From: Fonticula alba ATCC 38817
Lineage: Eukaryota > Protista > Nucleariida
DNA length: 52,955 nucleotides
Direction: 5' to 3' (one strand)
Assembly: GCA_000388065.2 (NCBI GenBank)
Contig: KB932202.1
Every line of letters begins with the position of its first letter. Position 1 is the stretch's first letter. A program made the position numbers and the translations under genes. The notes beneath the pieces are model-generated. The model had not been told where the DNA came from, made no database searches, and saw only the letters and a list, made by a program, of their open reading frames with translations. Shown here piece by piece: positions 21,790 to 35,639 of this stretch.

Positions 21790-24700
21790 ATGGTCGACTT
21801 TCAATTCGACACGCTTTCTTGGTTCCTCCTCAGTGCCATCGGTGTCACTGCCCTGGCCCTTCGCTACCGCAACGGTCTCATGAGCCCCCCGGATCTGACC
21901 TTCTCGCGCTCCTCGCGCCAGGCCCTGCCAGTTGAGGGCACGCGTCTTGAGGTTCGTCCGGTGTCCCCCCGCCCTCTTACTCCCCGCCCCCACTTTGACG
22001 ACACCGGACCGTGGACACACACACACACACACATCTACATATCTGCTGCTCCCTGCTTGTCCTCCTCGCTCGCCTTCCCCCTTTCCTTCGTCCTGTCCTG
22101 ACCCCCGCCACCTCCTCGCATCCACCCCTGCGGGGAACTCAAAGGGCGAGACCGCCACCTACCGGTCATCCTCCCTCCCTCGAGATGCACCCCTGATCAA
22201 GGAGATGATCGCCCCCCTGGCGCATGCCAAGACCCTGTACGACATGTTCCTCAATGGGCACTCGATCTCCCGGGACCGCCCGTGCCTGGGCCAGCGCCGC
22301 CTTGGTGACGAGTCGGCCCCCTTCGAGTGGCGTACCTATCATGAGACTCTCGTCCAGATGGAGGGTCTCGGTGCCGGTCTCACCAAGCTCGGTGTCCCCA
22401 CTGGCCAGGGCGAGGGTGCTTCCATCGGCATCTTCATGCGCAACCGCCCGGAGTGGACTATCGGCGAGTTCGTGCGTGTCCCATCCTAAAAGTCCCCCGC
22501 CGGGTGGCCGCGCTCGCCTCCGCTCCGCCCCCCCCCCCTCGCCTCTTTTGTTGCCGCCTCTCGGCGCCTCGCCATCCCCCTAACCCTGCCCTGTTCCTCG
22601 CTTCGGGTCCCCCTGCCGATCCTTCCCCTCGCTCTCTCCCATGCTCCCTCGCCCCCTGTGGCCTGCCCCGGCATGCGGCGCTCCTCCCTGTCCTCGCCCC
22701 GGGGGGCTGGCTCCAGTCTTGCTACCTGTACAGCCGCTCGCTGATCCCGATCTATGACTCCTTCAAGTGTGACCAGCTGAAGCCCATCATCCAGGGCCAG
22801 GCCATGCGTGCCATCATCGCCACCTCGGCGCAGATCGACATCCTGCTCGCCGGTCGCGAGGAGTTCCCCTCGCTGACGATCTTGGTTTGCGTTGATCCGT
22901 GCGTGTGCCTCCTTGCGTCTCTCTCTCTCTCTCTCTCCCCCCCCCCACTCCCCTGAGCTGGGGCCGGATGTCTTTTTTTTTATCCTCCACTTTGGCTCTG
23001 ACTTGTTGAGACCACGCACCCGCGCGTGCCCTCCATATAACACACACACGCGTGCCCGTAAAATCGCCTGTACAGGATCACCGAGAGCCAGCGCGCCCTC
23101 TCTACCGAGAAGGACCTTCGTCTGATGACCTTCGACGAGGTGGTTCAGCTCGGCAAGGACAACCCCCTCCCTCACCAGCCCCCCTCGTTGGACGATGTGG
23201 CTGTGGTCTGCTACACTTCCGGCACGACCGGCACCCCGAAGGGCGCCATGCTGACGCACGGCAACATCATGGCCGTCATCGCCGCCGTCTTCTACGACTT
23301 CCCGATGACCGTCCAGCCGGACGCCAATGACCGCTACCTGTCCTACCTCCCGCTGGCGCACATGCTGGAGCGCATCATCCATTTGCTGGTCTTCTCGGTG
23401 GGCGCCAAGATCGGCTTCTACCGCGGTAGCGTGCTCCAGCTCCCGGCCGACATGGGTGCGTATTGGTCCCCCCCCCCCCCCCCTGTCTTTCCCCCTTCGT
23501 CGCCATTTTCGTGCACCTCTGTGCCTGGGGCTGAGGAGGGTCTGCGGCACCTCCGCCGGGGAGAGGGCGCGCGTGGGAAGGGGACACACCCCGCCGATTT
23601 GACTTGCCACAAGCCTCCCCCTCTCAGGACGTTTTCCCCACTGACACGGCACCATCTGCCCCGGCTGCGCCTGGCCCGCCCGCCCCCCCCCCCCCCCCCT
23701 CGCCCTGGCTCACAGAGCTCCTCGATCCGACGTACTTCGTTTCGGTGCCGCTCATGCTCAACCGTGTGTACACCCGTATCATGGCGACTGTCGAGAACTC
23801 GGGCTTCATCAAGCGCTCGATCTTCCACCTGGCTTATCAGCAGAAGCTGGCCCTCCTGGATCGCGGCATCATTCGCCGTGATACCATTTGGGATCGCTTG
23901 GTCTTTGACAAGATTCGTGTTCGCTTCGGCAAGAGCTTCAAGGGTACGCTTCTGTCGGTGCCCCTTTTCCTCCCCATGCTCGCTGGTGGCCTCCTGCGCA
24001 CCAAAAAAAAAAAAAAAATAATGGGCCGCACGCCAGCAGCGGCAACGCCAGCCGAATGCTAACGCCCTTTTGCCTCCCTCTCTCCCTCTCCCCCTCCCCC
24101 TCCCCCTCCCCCTCCCTCTGCCAGCCATTGTCACCGGTGCCGCCCCGATTGCCCCCGAGGTGAAGAAGTTCTTCCGCATCGTTTGTGGCTGCCCCCTGAT
24201 CGAGGGATATGGCCTGACGGAGACGTCGGCCGTGTCGACCCTGCAGCTGATCGGCGACTACAATGACGCCCACGTGGGGCCTCCCCTCCCCTGTGCGGAG
24301 GTCAAGCTGGTCGACGTGCCGGAGATGGGGTACTTCGCCTCGGACGAGCCCAACCCCCGTGGCGAGATGTACATCCGCGGCCCGTCGGTCTTCAAGGGGT
24401 ACTTCAACGAGCCGGAGCTCACGGCCAAGGCCCTCACCGCGGACGGCTGGTTCCGCTCTGGGGACATTGCCGAAATCCTGCCGGCCGGGAACTTCCGCCT
24501 GATTGACCGGCGGTCCAACTGCTTCAAGCTGGCCCAGGGTGAGTTTGTGGCCCCGGAGCGCATTGAGAATGCCCTGGTCGGCGCGGGCCTCGTGGAGAAT
24601 GTCTTTGTCTATGGCGACACCAGCCGGTCCATGCTGGTGGCCATCGTCGTGCCGGATATCGAGTCGCTCCGTGAGTGGGCCGCCGAGCGTGGCACCCCGG

Positions 24701-25035
24701 CCGAGTCGGTCACCCTGGCATCCATGGTCGACAACCAGGACCTCAAGCTGGCCATCGAGAAGAACATCCGCGCTGCGGCCCAGGCCCGTGGCCTCCATCG
24801 GATCGAGACCCCGGCTCGGATTACCCTGCACTCGGAGCCCTTCTCCGTGGAGAATGGCCTCCTGACGCCCACCTTCAAGCTTCGTCGGCCGGCTGCCACG
24901 GCGGCCTTCCGCTCGCAGATCGACGAGATGTACGCGGATCTGGCGCGCAACCCGCCCAAGCGCCCGACCTCGACTGCTGGCAGCGGGACTCAGGCCGCTG
25001 CCGCGGTTCCCTGCGGCGCCTCCAAGGCCGACTAG
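21790..25035 (+). CDS. ACSL: Long-chain fatty acyl-CoA synthetase (ACSL1/5/6-like); 6 exons, about 729 aa
   Basis: Exons 21790-21951, 22145-22471, 22717-22898, 23076-23455, 23716-23943, 24125-25035 (2190 nt). AMP-binding YTSGTTGTPKG, YLSYLPLAHMLER, EGYGLTE, DGWFRSGDI...IDRRSNCFKLAQGEFVAPERIE, LTPTFKLRR; N-terminal hydrophobic anchor. Confidence 0.95.
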
Positions 25036-25552
25036 AGCGCAGAGAGGGGGGGGGGGGGACACGCGCGCGCATGGATTCGTATGTGTGTGTGTGTGTGTGT
25101 GTGGCCACACATCTGTGTGCGTATGTATGTATGTATGTGTGTGTTTGTCCTTTTTCGTCCCGGAAAACCCACCACATACACACAAAGGAGAGGGAGGAGG
25201 AGACCCCAGGGCCGAGGGGAGGAGAATGTGACGGCGCGCGCGCGCGCGCGGCGCCCCGACGACACACATGTAAGTGGCATGGCAGCGGCATGGGGAAAGG
25301 CAAGAGCGGACACGACGATGGCCCTGTGTCCTCCCATGGCGCTCGCTGCGCGCCCCTCCTCGTCTATTCCTCTCCACATGCCTTTGCACCCTGCCTCCTG
25401 GATGTGTCTTTCCTCTTCCCTCACTCTTGCTTCCTTCCGCGTGCGCGAGCGCGCTCGCGCATGTGCAACCTCTCCTCTCCTACGAGATAAGGATGTCTAA
25501 ATAAAAACATATGTTTGTTCACCAACATGTGCATGCACGGCAGCAAGTGGGT

Positions 25553-25557
25553 CTATC

Positions 25558-25602
<45 letters not shown>
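25553..25602. repeat. Compound (GT)n(GA)n microsatellite downstream of the acyl-CoA synthetase
   Basis: Direct observation; another (GA)n lies at about 26499-26550. Confidence 0.9.
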
Positions 25603-25607
<5 letters not shown>

Positions 25608-26497
25608 GCAAGAAGGTAGCCACAGCGGGCGTCGCAGCGGATCACCCACTCGGCAGTAAAGACAGAGCCCGGGCCCGTTCAGCGCAGAGAAAGAGGAGGA
25701 CATCTTAGTCCTCCTGGACACCCAGAGGTGCAAAGGACGACTGCCCCCCCCCTCCCCCCCCCAGACACACACATATCTTGCACTTGGCTGGGGATCAACC
25801 CTGCGTGACTAGGACGACGGGGAGAAGCACGCCGATCAGGGTCGTGGAAAAAGTAGGCGGCCTGCGCAGAGCGGCCCACGATAAGAAGACGGTCCGCCCG
25901 TCGGCCCCAAGCACCCGGCACGGGCTCGGCCCCGCGGCAGGGCACCCAAGCCAGAAAGCAGGTCCTAAATCATTGAACTAAATGGGCTCCCTGTCCCGTG
26001 ACATGGCGTGATCAAGGCCGACAAATCAACCAGCCCTCCTCCATGTGTCTTGCCCATCCCCTGCCCTTCGGTGCGGATGTGTCCGTCTGCAAGTGCGTGG
26101 GAGGGTGGCAAGGCTAGGAGGGCGCTGCCTAGTGCGAGGGGGAATTCTCACAGGAAGCATGTTACCAAGGGTGGGCGGGCGGGCTTGCGCACTGGTGCCT
26201 GCCCGCACGCGCTCCGCGGCCTCCAGGTTGTTTCTGCGTGTGGGGTATCGCGAGCCGGGGGGTTACGCGACTCTCGTGGGGGCGGGGGCGGGGGCGGGGG
26301 GGTGAGAGGGGCCGTTCCCTTGTCCCCCCCCCCCCCCCCCCCCCCCTGGTGCGCGGGCTGAGGCGCCGGGGTCGGGGAGGGTCCCCAACGCCGAACATCT
26401 GTGCCAACCAACCGGCCGAGGCTCGCCCAAGTCGCCGCGTCCCGTTTTGGCCGGGCAGCCCACCCGAGGATTGGGGGGACCTCGGGGACAGGGAGAG

Positions 26498-26535
<38 letters not shown>

Positions 26536-26793
26536 CGAGAGAGAGGGCGAGAAAGAGGGAGTAACATCGGGGAACTCAACACCTCCGGGACATGCCACGG
26601 ATGAAGTCACGGTTCTTGGGCTGGCGTGGCGCATGGGGCCGCCTGCTCCCAGGGGTCGACTAGATTGTGGTTGGCATACTCTCCTCCTCTCTGTGTGGCC
26701 TTCCCTCTTCTCTGTCCCCTCCCTCGCTCCTCTTCGCGCCCGCCCCCTCTGTCGCGATCTCCCCCCCCCCCTCGCGCAGTCCCCCCAGTCACC

Positions 26794-29284
26794 ATGCTGT
26801 CCCGCTTCACCCACGGCGTCGTGAGCGCCACCCGCCAGCACGCCCGCACTGCGGTTCGTCCTCCCCTCCTCTGCTCTCCCCTGGCCATGCGTGCTCGTTT
26901 GGGAGGGATGGGGGAATGGCGGCCGTGCCGCCATGGCCACCATCGCCACCGCCGCTGCCGCTGCTGTCCTTTTTGAGGGTCTCGCCTTTCTTTCTAACCC
27001 AGGACTTTTTGCTTTTCCCCCCGGCCACACGTAGGCGCCCATGGCTGCCTTCTACTCTTCCAAGCCGGTGCGCCTGGGCCTCTTTCCCATTCCCCCGCCC
27101 CTTCGGCTCCGCCCCCCCCCTGCTCGTGCGCTCCTGCGATCTAACCACTTCCATGCACCTGTGCGGTCTCCTGTGTCTGCTGCAGTCCCCCCTGGCTCGT
27201 CTCGAGGAGCTCCGCGAGAAGGCTGCCCTCGGTGGCGGCCAGGCCCGCATTGATGCCCAGCACGCTCGCGTACGTTGCTCCCCCTCCTGGCCCCTCTCCC
27301 GCCGGTCCTCCTGTGGCCCGATACTGATTGCCTTCCCCCTTGCCTGCTCTGCACACAGGGCAAGCTCACCGCCCGCGAGCGCATCAACCTCCTTCTGGAC
27401 CCCGGCTCGTTCCGCGAGACCGACATGCTGGTCGAGCACCAGTGCTCCTCCTTCGGCATGGAGAAGAACAAGGTTCGCCGACCTGCTGACCCTGGGGTCT
27501 CCCCCCGCGCCCCCCTCTTCCGACAACCTGTCTGCCCGTCTCCCTCTCTCCCTCCCTCCCTCCCTCCTTCGCTCTTCTCCCCGCCTGCTCGCCGCTCACC
27601 CAGCCCGGCTTGCCCCTCGCGATTCGTGCCTTCCCTCTTATAGATCCCCGGTGATGGTGTTGTCACTGGCAGCGGTACTGTCAATGGTCGCCCGATCTTC
27701 GTCTTCAGCCAGGACTTCACCGTCTTCGGTGGTGCCCTGTCCAAGGCTTACGCTGGGAAGATTTGCAAGGTACGCTCGTGCTTCCCTCCTCCCCGCCAAA
27801 AGGGCGGGCGGCACCCGTGGAAACCCGGCCCCGCGCATGTCTGTCCCTCAGCCCTATCCTGACAGCCCCGTGCCCCGACTCGCCGGTCCTGCCTCTCTCT
27901 CTCTCGGGCCCTGTGCCTGTCTGCCTGTCCCCCCTCCCCCCACTGGCGCCAAAGATCATGGATAAGGCCATGTCCGTTGGTGCCCCTGTCATCGGCCTCA
28001 ACGACTCCGGTGGCGCGCGCATTCAGGAGGGTGTCGACTCGCTGGCCGGCTATGCTGATATTTTCCAGCGCAACGTCATGGCCTCCGGTGTCATTCCCCA
28101 GATCTCCCTGATCATGGGTCCCTGCGCCGGCGGTGCGGTCTACTCTCCGGCCATCACCGACTTCACCTTCATGGTCCGCGACTCTTCCTACATGTTCGTC
28201 ACTGGCCCGAACGTCGTGAAGACCGTCACCAACGAGGATGTCACCCAGGAGGAGCTCGGCGGTGCCAAGACCCATACTTCCAAGTCCGGTGTCGCGGCCC
28301 TCTCCTTCGACAACGATGTCGAGGCCCTGGCCCGGTACGTGCACATTGAGCACTTGCCCCCCCTCCGCGTGCTCTTGCTGAGCCTCCCATCTTGCCGCCA
28401 TCCCGGCCCCTCCCCCCCGCCCCCCCCCCCCCCCCCTCCTCTGACATGCCCCTTCTCTTGGCCTCAGCCTGCGCGACTTCATCGACTTCCTGCCGCTCTC
28501 CAACACCGAGAAGCCCCCTCAGCGCGCCACTCTGGACCCGGTCAACCGCGATCTCTCCTCCCTCAACCACATCGTCCCCTCGGACCCGACCAAGGCCTAC
28601 GACATGAAGGACATCATCACCAAGATCGCCGATGACAACACCTTCTTCGAGGTCATGCCCGACTATGCCAAGAACATTGTCATCGGCTTTGCCCGCATGG
28701 ACGGCAAGACCGTGGCCGTGGTCGGCAACCAGCCCATGGTGGCCTCCGGCTGCCTGGACATCAACGCCTCTGTCAAGGCCGCCCGGTGGGTGCGCTTCTG
28801 CGACGCCTTCAACATCCCCATCATCACCCTGGTCGATGTGCCGGGCTTCCTGCCGGGTGTCAACCAGGAGCTCAACGGCATCATTCGCCATGGTGCCAAG
28901 CTCCTGTACGCCTATGCCGAGGCCACCGTCCCCAAGATCACCGTCATCACTCGCAAGGCCTACGGTGGTGCCTACGATGTCATGGGCTCCAAGCATCTGC
29001 GCGGTGATGCCAACTACGCTTGGCCCACCGCCGAGGTGGCCGTCATGGGCGCCAAGGGTGCCGTGGAGATCATCTTCCGCAACCGCTCCCCCGAGGAGCT
29101 GGCCTCCCTGGAGGCCGACTATGTGGAGAAGTTCGCCAACCCCTTCGAGGCCGCTCGTAAGGGCTACATCGACGATGTCATCCAGCCGGCCGAGACCCGC
29201 GCGCGCATCATCGAGGACCTGGCCGTCCTGGAGCGCAAGAAGATCTCCAACCCCTGGAAGAAGCACGGCAACATCCCCCTGTAA
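26794..29284 (+). CDS. PCCB: Propionyl-CoA carboxylase beta chain, mitochondrial; 7 exons, about 537 aa
   Basis: Exons 26794-26853, 27035-27067, 27186-27269, 27359-27472, 27644-27769, 27955-28334, 28468-29284 (1614 nt). Motifs [63 protein letters not shown]-terminal WKKHGNIPL; Arg/Ser/Ala-rich presequence [19 protein letters not shown]. Confidence 0.97.
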
Positions 29285-30530
29285 AGCAGCAACGGCAGAA
29301 GCGTAGCACCAACACCGGGTAGCCGGACTTGTCCACGCGCGCGCGCGCGCGTGTGCGTGTGTGCGTGCGTGCGCCTGCATGTGTGCGTGTATGTCTCCCC
29401 GCCAAAGGGGGGGCGGGGCTCTCTGTCATGTCCCTCCCTTGCTTTGGTGGTCGTCAGCCGACAGGGGCTCAGGGGGGTGGGGCCGCCGCTCTTTTCAAAC
29501 ACAGGAGCACATGTGTCTACACTGTGGCGGGTGTGCCCGCGACTGTGTGCGTGCATTCCACCGCGCACGCACGCCTGCGCACACCTGAAGCCCCGGCCCC
29601 GCCACCATCTGCCATCCCATCCGCCGCCCCTGCCCCGGCAACGCAAACCGGCAACACGCGCACACACACCCACCCTGCTGCCAACACAGGCCAACATCTA
29701 TATGCCGGTGTACATGCGTGTGTGCATGTGTGCTCGTTGCTCTCCGGCTCCGTGTCGCCCTCTTGAATTCCCCCCTTAAAAAAATACACGCGCTATCATG
29801 TGTCAAATCCCTCTGCGTATGGGGGGGGGGAGGGGGGAGAGCGTCCTCCTCTCGCTGTTTGGCCTTGTCGGCCAGCTCTTCTCCCGATGGGGCGCTTCTT
29901 CTTCTTCCTCTTTTCCACGAAGACAACACCCACCTAATCATTGTCGTCCCTCCGCGTGCCTCTCTCTCTATCTCTCCCTCTTGCTGTCCCGGTCAGCAGT
30001 GCCATCTGCCTCGAGACAAATGTGTGCGCGCTCTCAAGAAGACACATGAAATCACACCAGGGCCCGGGCAGAGGGGCGGGGGGATGGACACAGGGAGAAA
30101 CATACACTCTAGGGGGGATAATATAGTGGGTATTTCAAGGACAGGGGGGGGGATGTATGTTTGTGGGTGGGGCGCGCAGGAAGCAGGGGCAGGGGGGGGA
30201 GGGATGTGGTGCGTAGGTGACGAAAAGAAAAGGAGCACAAACACCGGAAGGAGAGACAAAAGGACGGGCACAGAGGCGAAAACCGTGGCCGAGTCAGGCC
30301 GCCAAAGGAAAGAGGATAAGGCAGGGATGGCAGGCTGAGGAATTGGCCAAAGAAAAGTCTCGCTTTTGAGGGCCTCCACATGTGCCCCAGGGGACGTTCC
30401 GAGGGGGGGGGGGGGGGGGGGGAAGGGGGGAGACGGAAAAAAGGGACCGCCCTTGGCAGATGCACCCCCCCCCCCCCCCCCCCCCCCCCGCGCCTCCGCC
30501 CCTTGCTCACGCATTCCGGCAGAGTCGCCC

Positions 30531-33500
30531 TCAAATGTCGGAGTGCATCCCGTCATCGGCAAGGACAAGTCGGGCGGGCGGTGCCCGGGCGGCAACAGGC
30601 GCAGCAGAGGCAGCGGCAGCCCCGGCCTCTCCGGCGACCAGGCGCCGCGGCGGCGGCGGCAGGATGTCGTCCGGAGGGGGCTTCGATGGCCGGGGAGGTG
30701 GACCCCGGCGGCGGCTCTTGGCCGCCGGGGCCGTATTCAATGGAGTCGCAAAGGAATCGTCGAAAACATCGCCAGTGCGCAGGGAATTGATCAGGGCATC
30801 TAGTTGGCCATCTCCCTGGACATCGCCGGAAGGCGGCTCGGCCTTCTTGATCTCCCGGGCCAGAGCCCGAGCCATGTCCTTCGGGTTGAAGTCCTTCGGC
30901 AGGCCGGCGGCCTTCTCCTCGGGCTTGCGCTTGCGCTCCAGGGCAAGGCGCCACTCGGCCAGGTCGTTGCGTGCCTCGGTCCACTGAACGCCAAAGCGCC
31001 AGAAGACACTGAAGAACTCCTCCGGGGTGACGGAATTGGGATCCTCCCCGAAGAGGGTGGCCTGCTCGGTGAGCAGGTTCCGCGCCTGGTCAAAGGCCTT
31101 CTCCATCTTGGCCAGGGCCTTGGAGCTTTCATCGTAGAAGGGACGCATGACCTCCAGGAACCGACGCACATCGGCCGGGGCGGCATCGGGCCCGCCGGCC
31201 GCCGAGGAGGCCATCTTGTCGAAGGCCTCCAGCTCGGCCTCCAGTTGGTTGACACCACGCCGGAGGAAGGTCATCTCGGCCTGCAGGGTTGGCAGCGAGA
31301 CGCGCACCGCCTCGGCCGCCGGCTCGAGCTCCTCCACAAAGGCCATCAGGGCAGGATAGCGTGTCTCCACCACCTCCACCAGGAAGTGCAGGAGCGTGTG
31401 TCGATCAAAGTCCGCGTGCGAACTGCGCGTGTCGGAGAGCTACGGGACGTGCGGGAGGGGGCGGACGAGAGTTAGCTTGTTTGTCTCGCTCCATGGCCAG
31501 CTGGATCCTTCCGCAGCCGGGATCCCGACAGACCGGGTTCTAATGGCGGAGGAGGAGACGGCACGACAGCTGGCCGTACCTTGAGCAGCGCATCAATCTT
31601 GAAGCCATAGGCACCGCCACGGAAACCGGTGTTCAGATAATTCCCCACGGCTAGAATGAGCTCCAGGACCTGGCGGAACATGACCGCCGAGGAAAGGGCC
31701 GAAGAGCCGCCATTGATGCGAGCAATGTCGCGGGCGCACTCGCTGCTCTTCTCGGCGAACGTCCGCCGGAAGCTGATGCTCTCCAAGCGCCCCTGGAAGC
31801 GCTGGATCTTGCTCACCTGCGGGAGAGAGAGAGAGAGAGAAAGGGGAGGGGGCAACGCGAAGTGCAAGCCGTTTGCACGGGGGAGAGAGAGAGAGGGAGA
31901 CAAGGGATTGAGGGAGGGGAAGCACCGAGGTGAGTAGGTGCCCGGTCGCAACGGATCATCCATGAAGCCAGGATGAGAGGAAGAAAAGGAACAAGGAGCG
32001 TGGTACGCACCTCCCAGAAGAATTTCTCGCAATCGCCCAGCTGATCGAAGTTGTCGATGTGCTCACGGATGAGGGTGATCTCCTCGTCGGTCGGGACAAA
32101 CTTCAGCAGCTGCTCCGAAATGTCCGACTCGATGAACCCGGCATCCAAGAGGGTGATCTTGGACAGGAGCTCGGCACGTGGGAGCTTGGAGTTCTTGAGC
32201 AAAATCACTGCACGCCGAGCGGGGAGGGAGCAAAAGCGCCACAGGCAGGTCAGCAAAGGGTGATAGCGGCACTCGCGGCAGGGCGCGCAAAGCAAGTGAA
32301 AGCCCGGGGCCGGATTCCGATTTGGACTCGGACTCAAGCGACCAGGCAGGCAGGTGGGCGCGCATCAACGCACGGCAGTTTTGCGACCGACGGCCATCGA
32401 TGACACAGATCTCGCGGGGCTTCTCCTCGGCTGAGGCGCCGCCGGCGGCACCATCGGCCGACTCGGACACCGGCTTCACATACACCGAGAAGAGGTTCTC
32501 CATCTCGTCGTATTGGGGCCGGAGAACGCGCAACGGGCCCTGATCGGACAAGTGCGACCAGAGGGTCTTGTCGATGGCGTGGTTCGGGATTTTGGTCCAG
32601 TTGAAGGCCTTCAGGGGCTTTTGCGACAGCTTGGCCGGCTTGTTTGGACGGGCCGAACGAGCGGCCGCCCCGGCACCGGGCATCCCCGGGGGAGGAGGCG
32701 GCGGCGGCGGGCCACCCCCACCACCCGGCAGGGGAGGCGGCGGCGGCGGCGGCGGCCCCCCGGCAAACCCAGGCAGGGGCGGAGGCGGAGGCGGTGGCGG
32801 ACCACCGCCAGGCAGTGGCGGCGGCGGGGGCGGCGGCGCGCCACCAGCAAATTCCGGCAGTGGCGGAGGGGGCGGCGGCGGCGCGCCCGTGGGGAAGGTC
32901 CCGGGCATCGGCGGCGCCGGTGGCGGACCGCCGTCCGAAGCAGCGGCCTTTTCCAACTCGGCCTTTGCCTCAGCCAGGGCCTGGGGAGAGGGGGGGGGGG
33001 CGGAGGGGCGGAGGGGGAGGAGAAGGAGCGAGACACCGGAGGACCGTGTTAGCTTGGTTAGAGGAATGACCCAAAAGAAAAAGGGGAGATTTTCAGAAGC
33101 CCCCCAACAACGGGGGGGCAGGCACAGGGAGGAAAGCACCTTCTCGGAAAACTCCTTCAGAAGCTGCTCGATGTCCTGGTTTTCGGCGCCCAGGCGCTCG
33201 CGCACAAAGGCCGCAATCTTGTCGATCTCCAGCTGCGAAGCGCGCAGCTTCAGCTGGGCCTCCGGGTCGGCGGCAGCGGCCCCGGCGGCGTCCGACGGAG
33301 TGGCCGCCGGCTTCTCCTCCAGGCCCTCGACACCTTGGCTGGCCAGACGAGCCCACCGCTGGACCAGGGCCTGGATGCCATTGGCCGACAAGGCACCGGC
33401 AATGGCCGAGGGCGTGAAGTCGTGCGGCATCAATGCGGCCGTGGCCTCCGGCAGTGGATCGCCCGATTGCGGGTCACGCGGGACAATCACATACTCGGCC

Positions 33501-35639
33501 AGCTGCAACACCAGGCGGATGTAGTGCGGCCGCCGGACAATGCCACCCGGCATGGACACCAGCCGTCGGAAGAAGGCCACCCAGCACTCGCCCGAAGAGG
33601 GGGTAAACTGCACCGCCCGATCGAGGACCTCAAACATGGAACGCGTGTCCGAGAGATTGACCGAGGCGGGGAAGAAACCGCTGGACTCATCGGCCTCCGG
33701 CCAGTCCGGGACCTCCCGGAGGGCGGTGTGCGCGTCGCCAAGGTGCGGAGCCGCCGCCTCGCCGGCCTCGGCCGTCTCGCCACCGCGATTCTCCGTGCCC
33801 GGGCCGGCCGCCAGCAGCGAAGCCGTCGCCATGCCGGATGCCTCATCGATCGGGGCATCCGGCCGATCATCGGCGTCAGGCTCCTCCTCGCCCTCATCGC
33901 CGACAGGCAGGGCGGTGGGTCGAATGGTCTCATCCAGCTCCATGGCCAGCTGGTGCTCATCGAGGGCCAGGCGCCGGAGGAAAATCTGACACTGGCGCCG
34001 GACGATGGGGGTACTGACCCGGCGGAAGGACTCCGCATCCAGGGCCTCGGCCATGCGGGCCAGGAACTCCGGCGATTCGGCCGACGTGTCGGTCAGAGAC
34101 CCGGCCACCGGGACTTGATCCACGCCACCGGCCCCGGCCGGACCGAGGGCCAACAAATCGGAGCTCATGCGCGGGCGCGATCCCTCCGGCAGGAAGTCCC
34201 CATTCAACAGGCGAACCATGTCCAAAACACCGGCATCGCACAGCTCGGCTCGGAGCTCCACACGGATGAGCAGCGAATCGCGGCACGGGCCGAAGGTGAT
34301 CAGGGCATTGATCAGGGACAGGACCGAGGCCGCCAGCAGGGGCAGGCGCTCGGACACGGCGAAGGACAGGATTTGCACCAGCGGGCCGAGCCGGCCACGC
34401 CGGGGCCCGGTCATGACACACATGCGTGCCGACAGGCCGTACAGGGCGTCCAGCACGCGCGGATGCCGGCTGGGCGACATGCACAGGGCTCCCAGGATTT
34501 CCAGGGCCATGGACACCGTCTGGCTGCCACGCAGGGCGGACCGGCCCGCGAGGGCGGGCATCTGATCGGTGCTGCTGCCGCCGGCCGTGGCCACGGCCAG
34601 ATCGCCCGGGTCCCCGGGGCTGGCGGGAAGGCGCCCGCGCGAGGACACGGCCACCGGCGCCGCGGCATGGTAGTACCGGAGTTCATTGGCCAGGATGACC
34701 ACGGCGTCTTCGGAGTCGGCCACCCGCGCAAAGCCAAGGGCATTGTTCATGAGGGACTTCAAGCCGCGCAGGGCCAGCTCATCGTGATTCAGGGCGCGGG
34801 CCTCATCGCGGAGGTAGATCAGCAGCTCGGAGATGCCGCCAAGATCGTCAAACTCCCGGATCCAACTGATCGGCTGTGCTCGCAGCGAGACAACCATCCA
34901 CTGGAGCAGATCCGAGGAGGGCCGCGAGCTGAGGGCATTCACCACGAACTTAATTTCGTGCGAGCGCTCGGATTGCTGTCCAGACGGACGTGCGGGCGTG
35001 CGGGCGTGCGGGCGTGGGGGCGTGGGGGNNNNNNNNNNNNNNNNNNNNNNNNNNNNNNNNNNNNNNNNNNNNNNNNNNNNNNNNNNNNNNNNAAGCCGCG
35101 GCGGCATATAGCTCGGAAATGGCGGGAGCCGGCAGAGGCGTGTGCCGCACTGGGGGGGAAGAAAGAACAGGGGCAGGGCGGGGGGCAGGGCGGGGGCGCA
35201 CCACACGCAAGTCGTGCGACAGCATGGGCCACTTGCTGGAGGCCGGCAAGGCGCGGAGTTGCTCCAGGGTCCGAGCATCCATGCCGCGGTCGACCATCAT
35301 CGCCTCGAAGAGGCGGTCAAGCTCCTCGTCGGTTTCCGGGCGCTGTGGGGGAGCCGCGGCTTCGGCGTCCTTCGACGGGACAAAGCCCGGTGGAGCACCA
35401 CGTCCATCGGGGTTCCGGTGCTTCGGGGGCATGGAGCTGCCGGAGGTGGGATCGGCCGCGCCGCCGGATGCGGCGCTACGCCGATTCCGGCGACGGCCAC
35501 CGAGACCCTTGCCGCGCTTGGCCTGGCTGGAGGATCGGCTCCGGGGGGGGGAAGAGGGGACCGTGCCCCCGGAGGAGGCGCCGGGGGCCCCGGCGTCGGC
35601 CGCCGCGCCGCCGGACCCCTTGCTGATGGTATTTCCCAT
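30531..35639 (-). CDS. Diaphanous-related formin (GBD/FH3-FH1-FH2-DAD); 6 exons, about 1407 aa
   Basis: Exons 35639-35202, 34975-33140, 32980-32374, 32207-32011, 31816-31580, 31439-30531 (4224 nt). GBD (EELDRLFEAMM...LRALPASSKWPML; SLRAQPISWIREFDDLGG), FH3 (LINAL...RVELRAEL), poly-Pro FH1, FH2 (LKAFNWTKI, ILAVGNYLN, GAYGFKIDALLKL, TLLHFLV), DAD LDALINSLRTGDVF followed by basic KSRRR. Confidence 0.93.

Noticed and set aside
18563-21883. ORFs with poly-Pro/poly-Gly/X runs crossing the N-gaps
   Set aside because: They are open only because of homopolymers and Ns.
33335-35626. Long ORF-track frames antisense or off-frame to real genes (e.g. 33335-35626 +, 44077-45870 +, 28241-29380 -, 13876-14928 +, 48911-50023 -)
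   Set aside because: Shadow ORFs expected from high GC and C/G-ending codon bias; no recognisable motifs.
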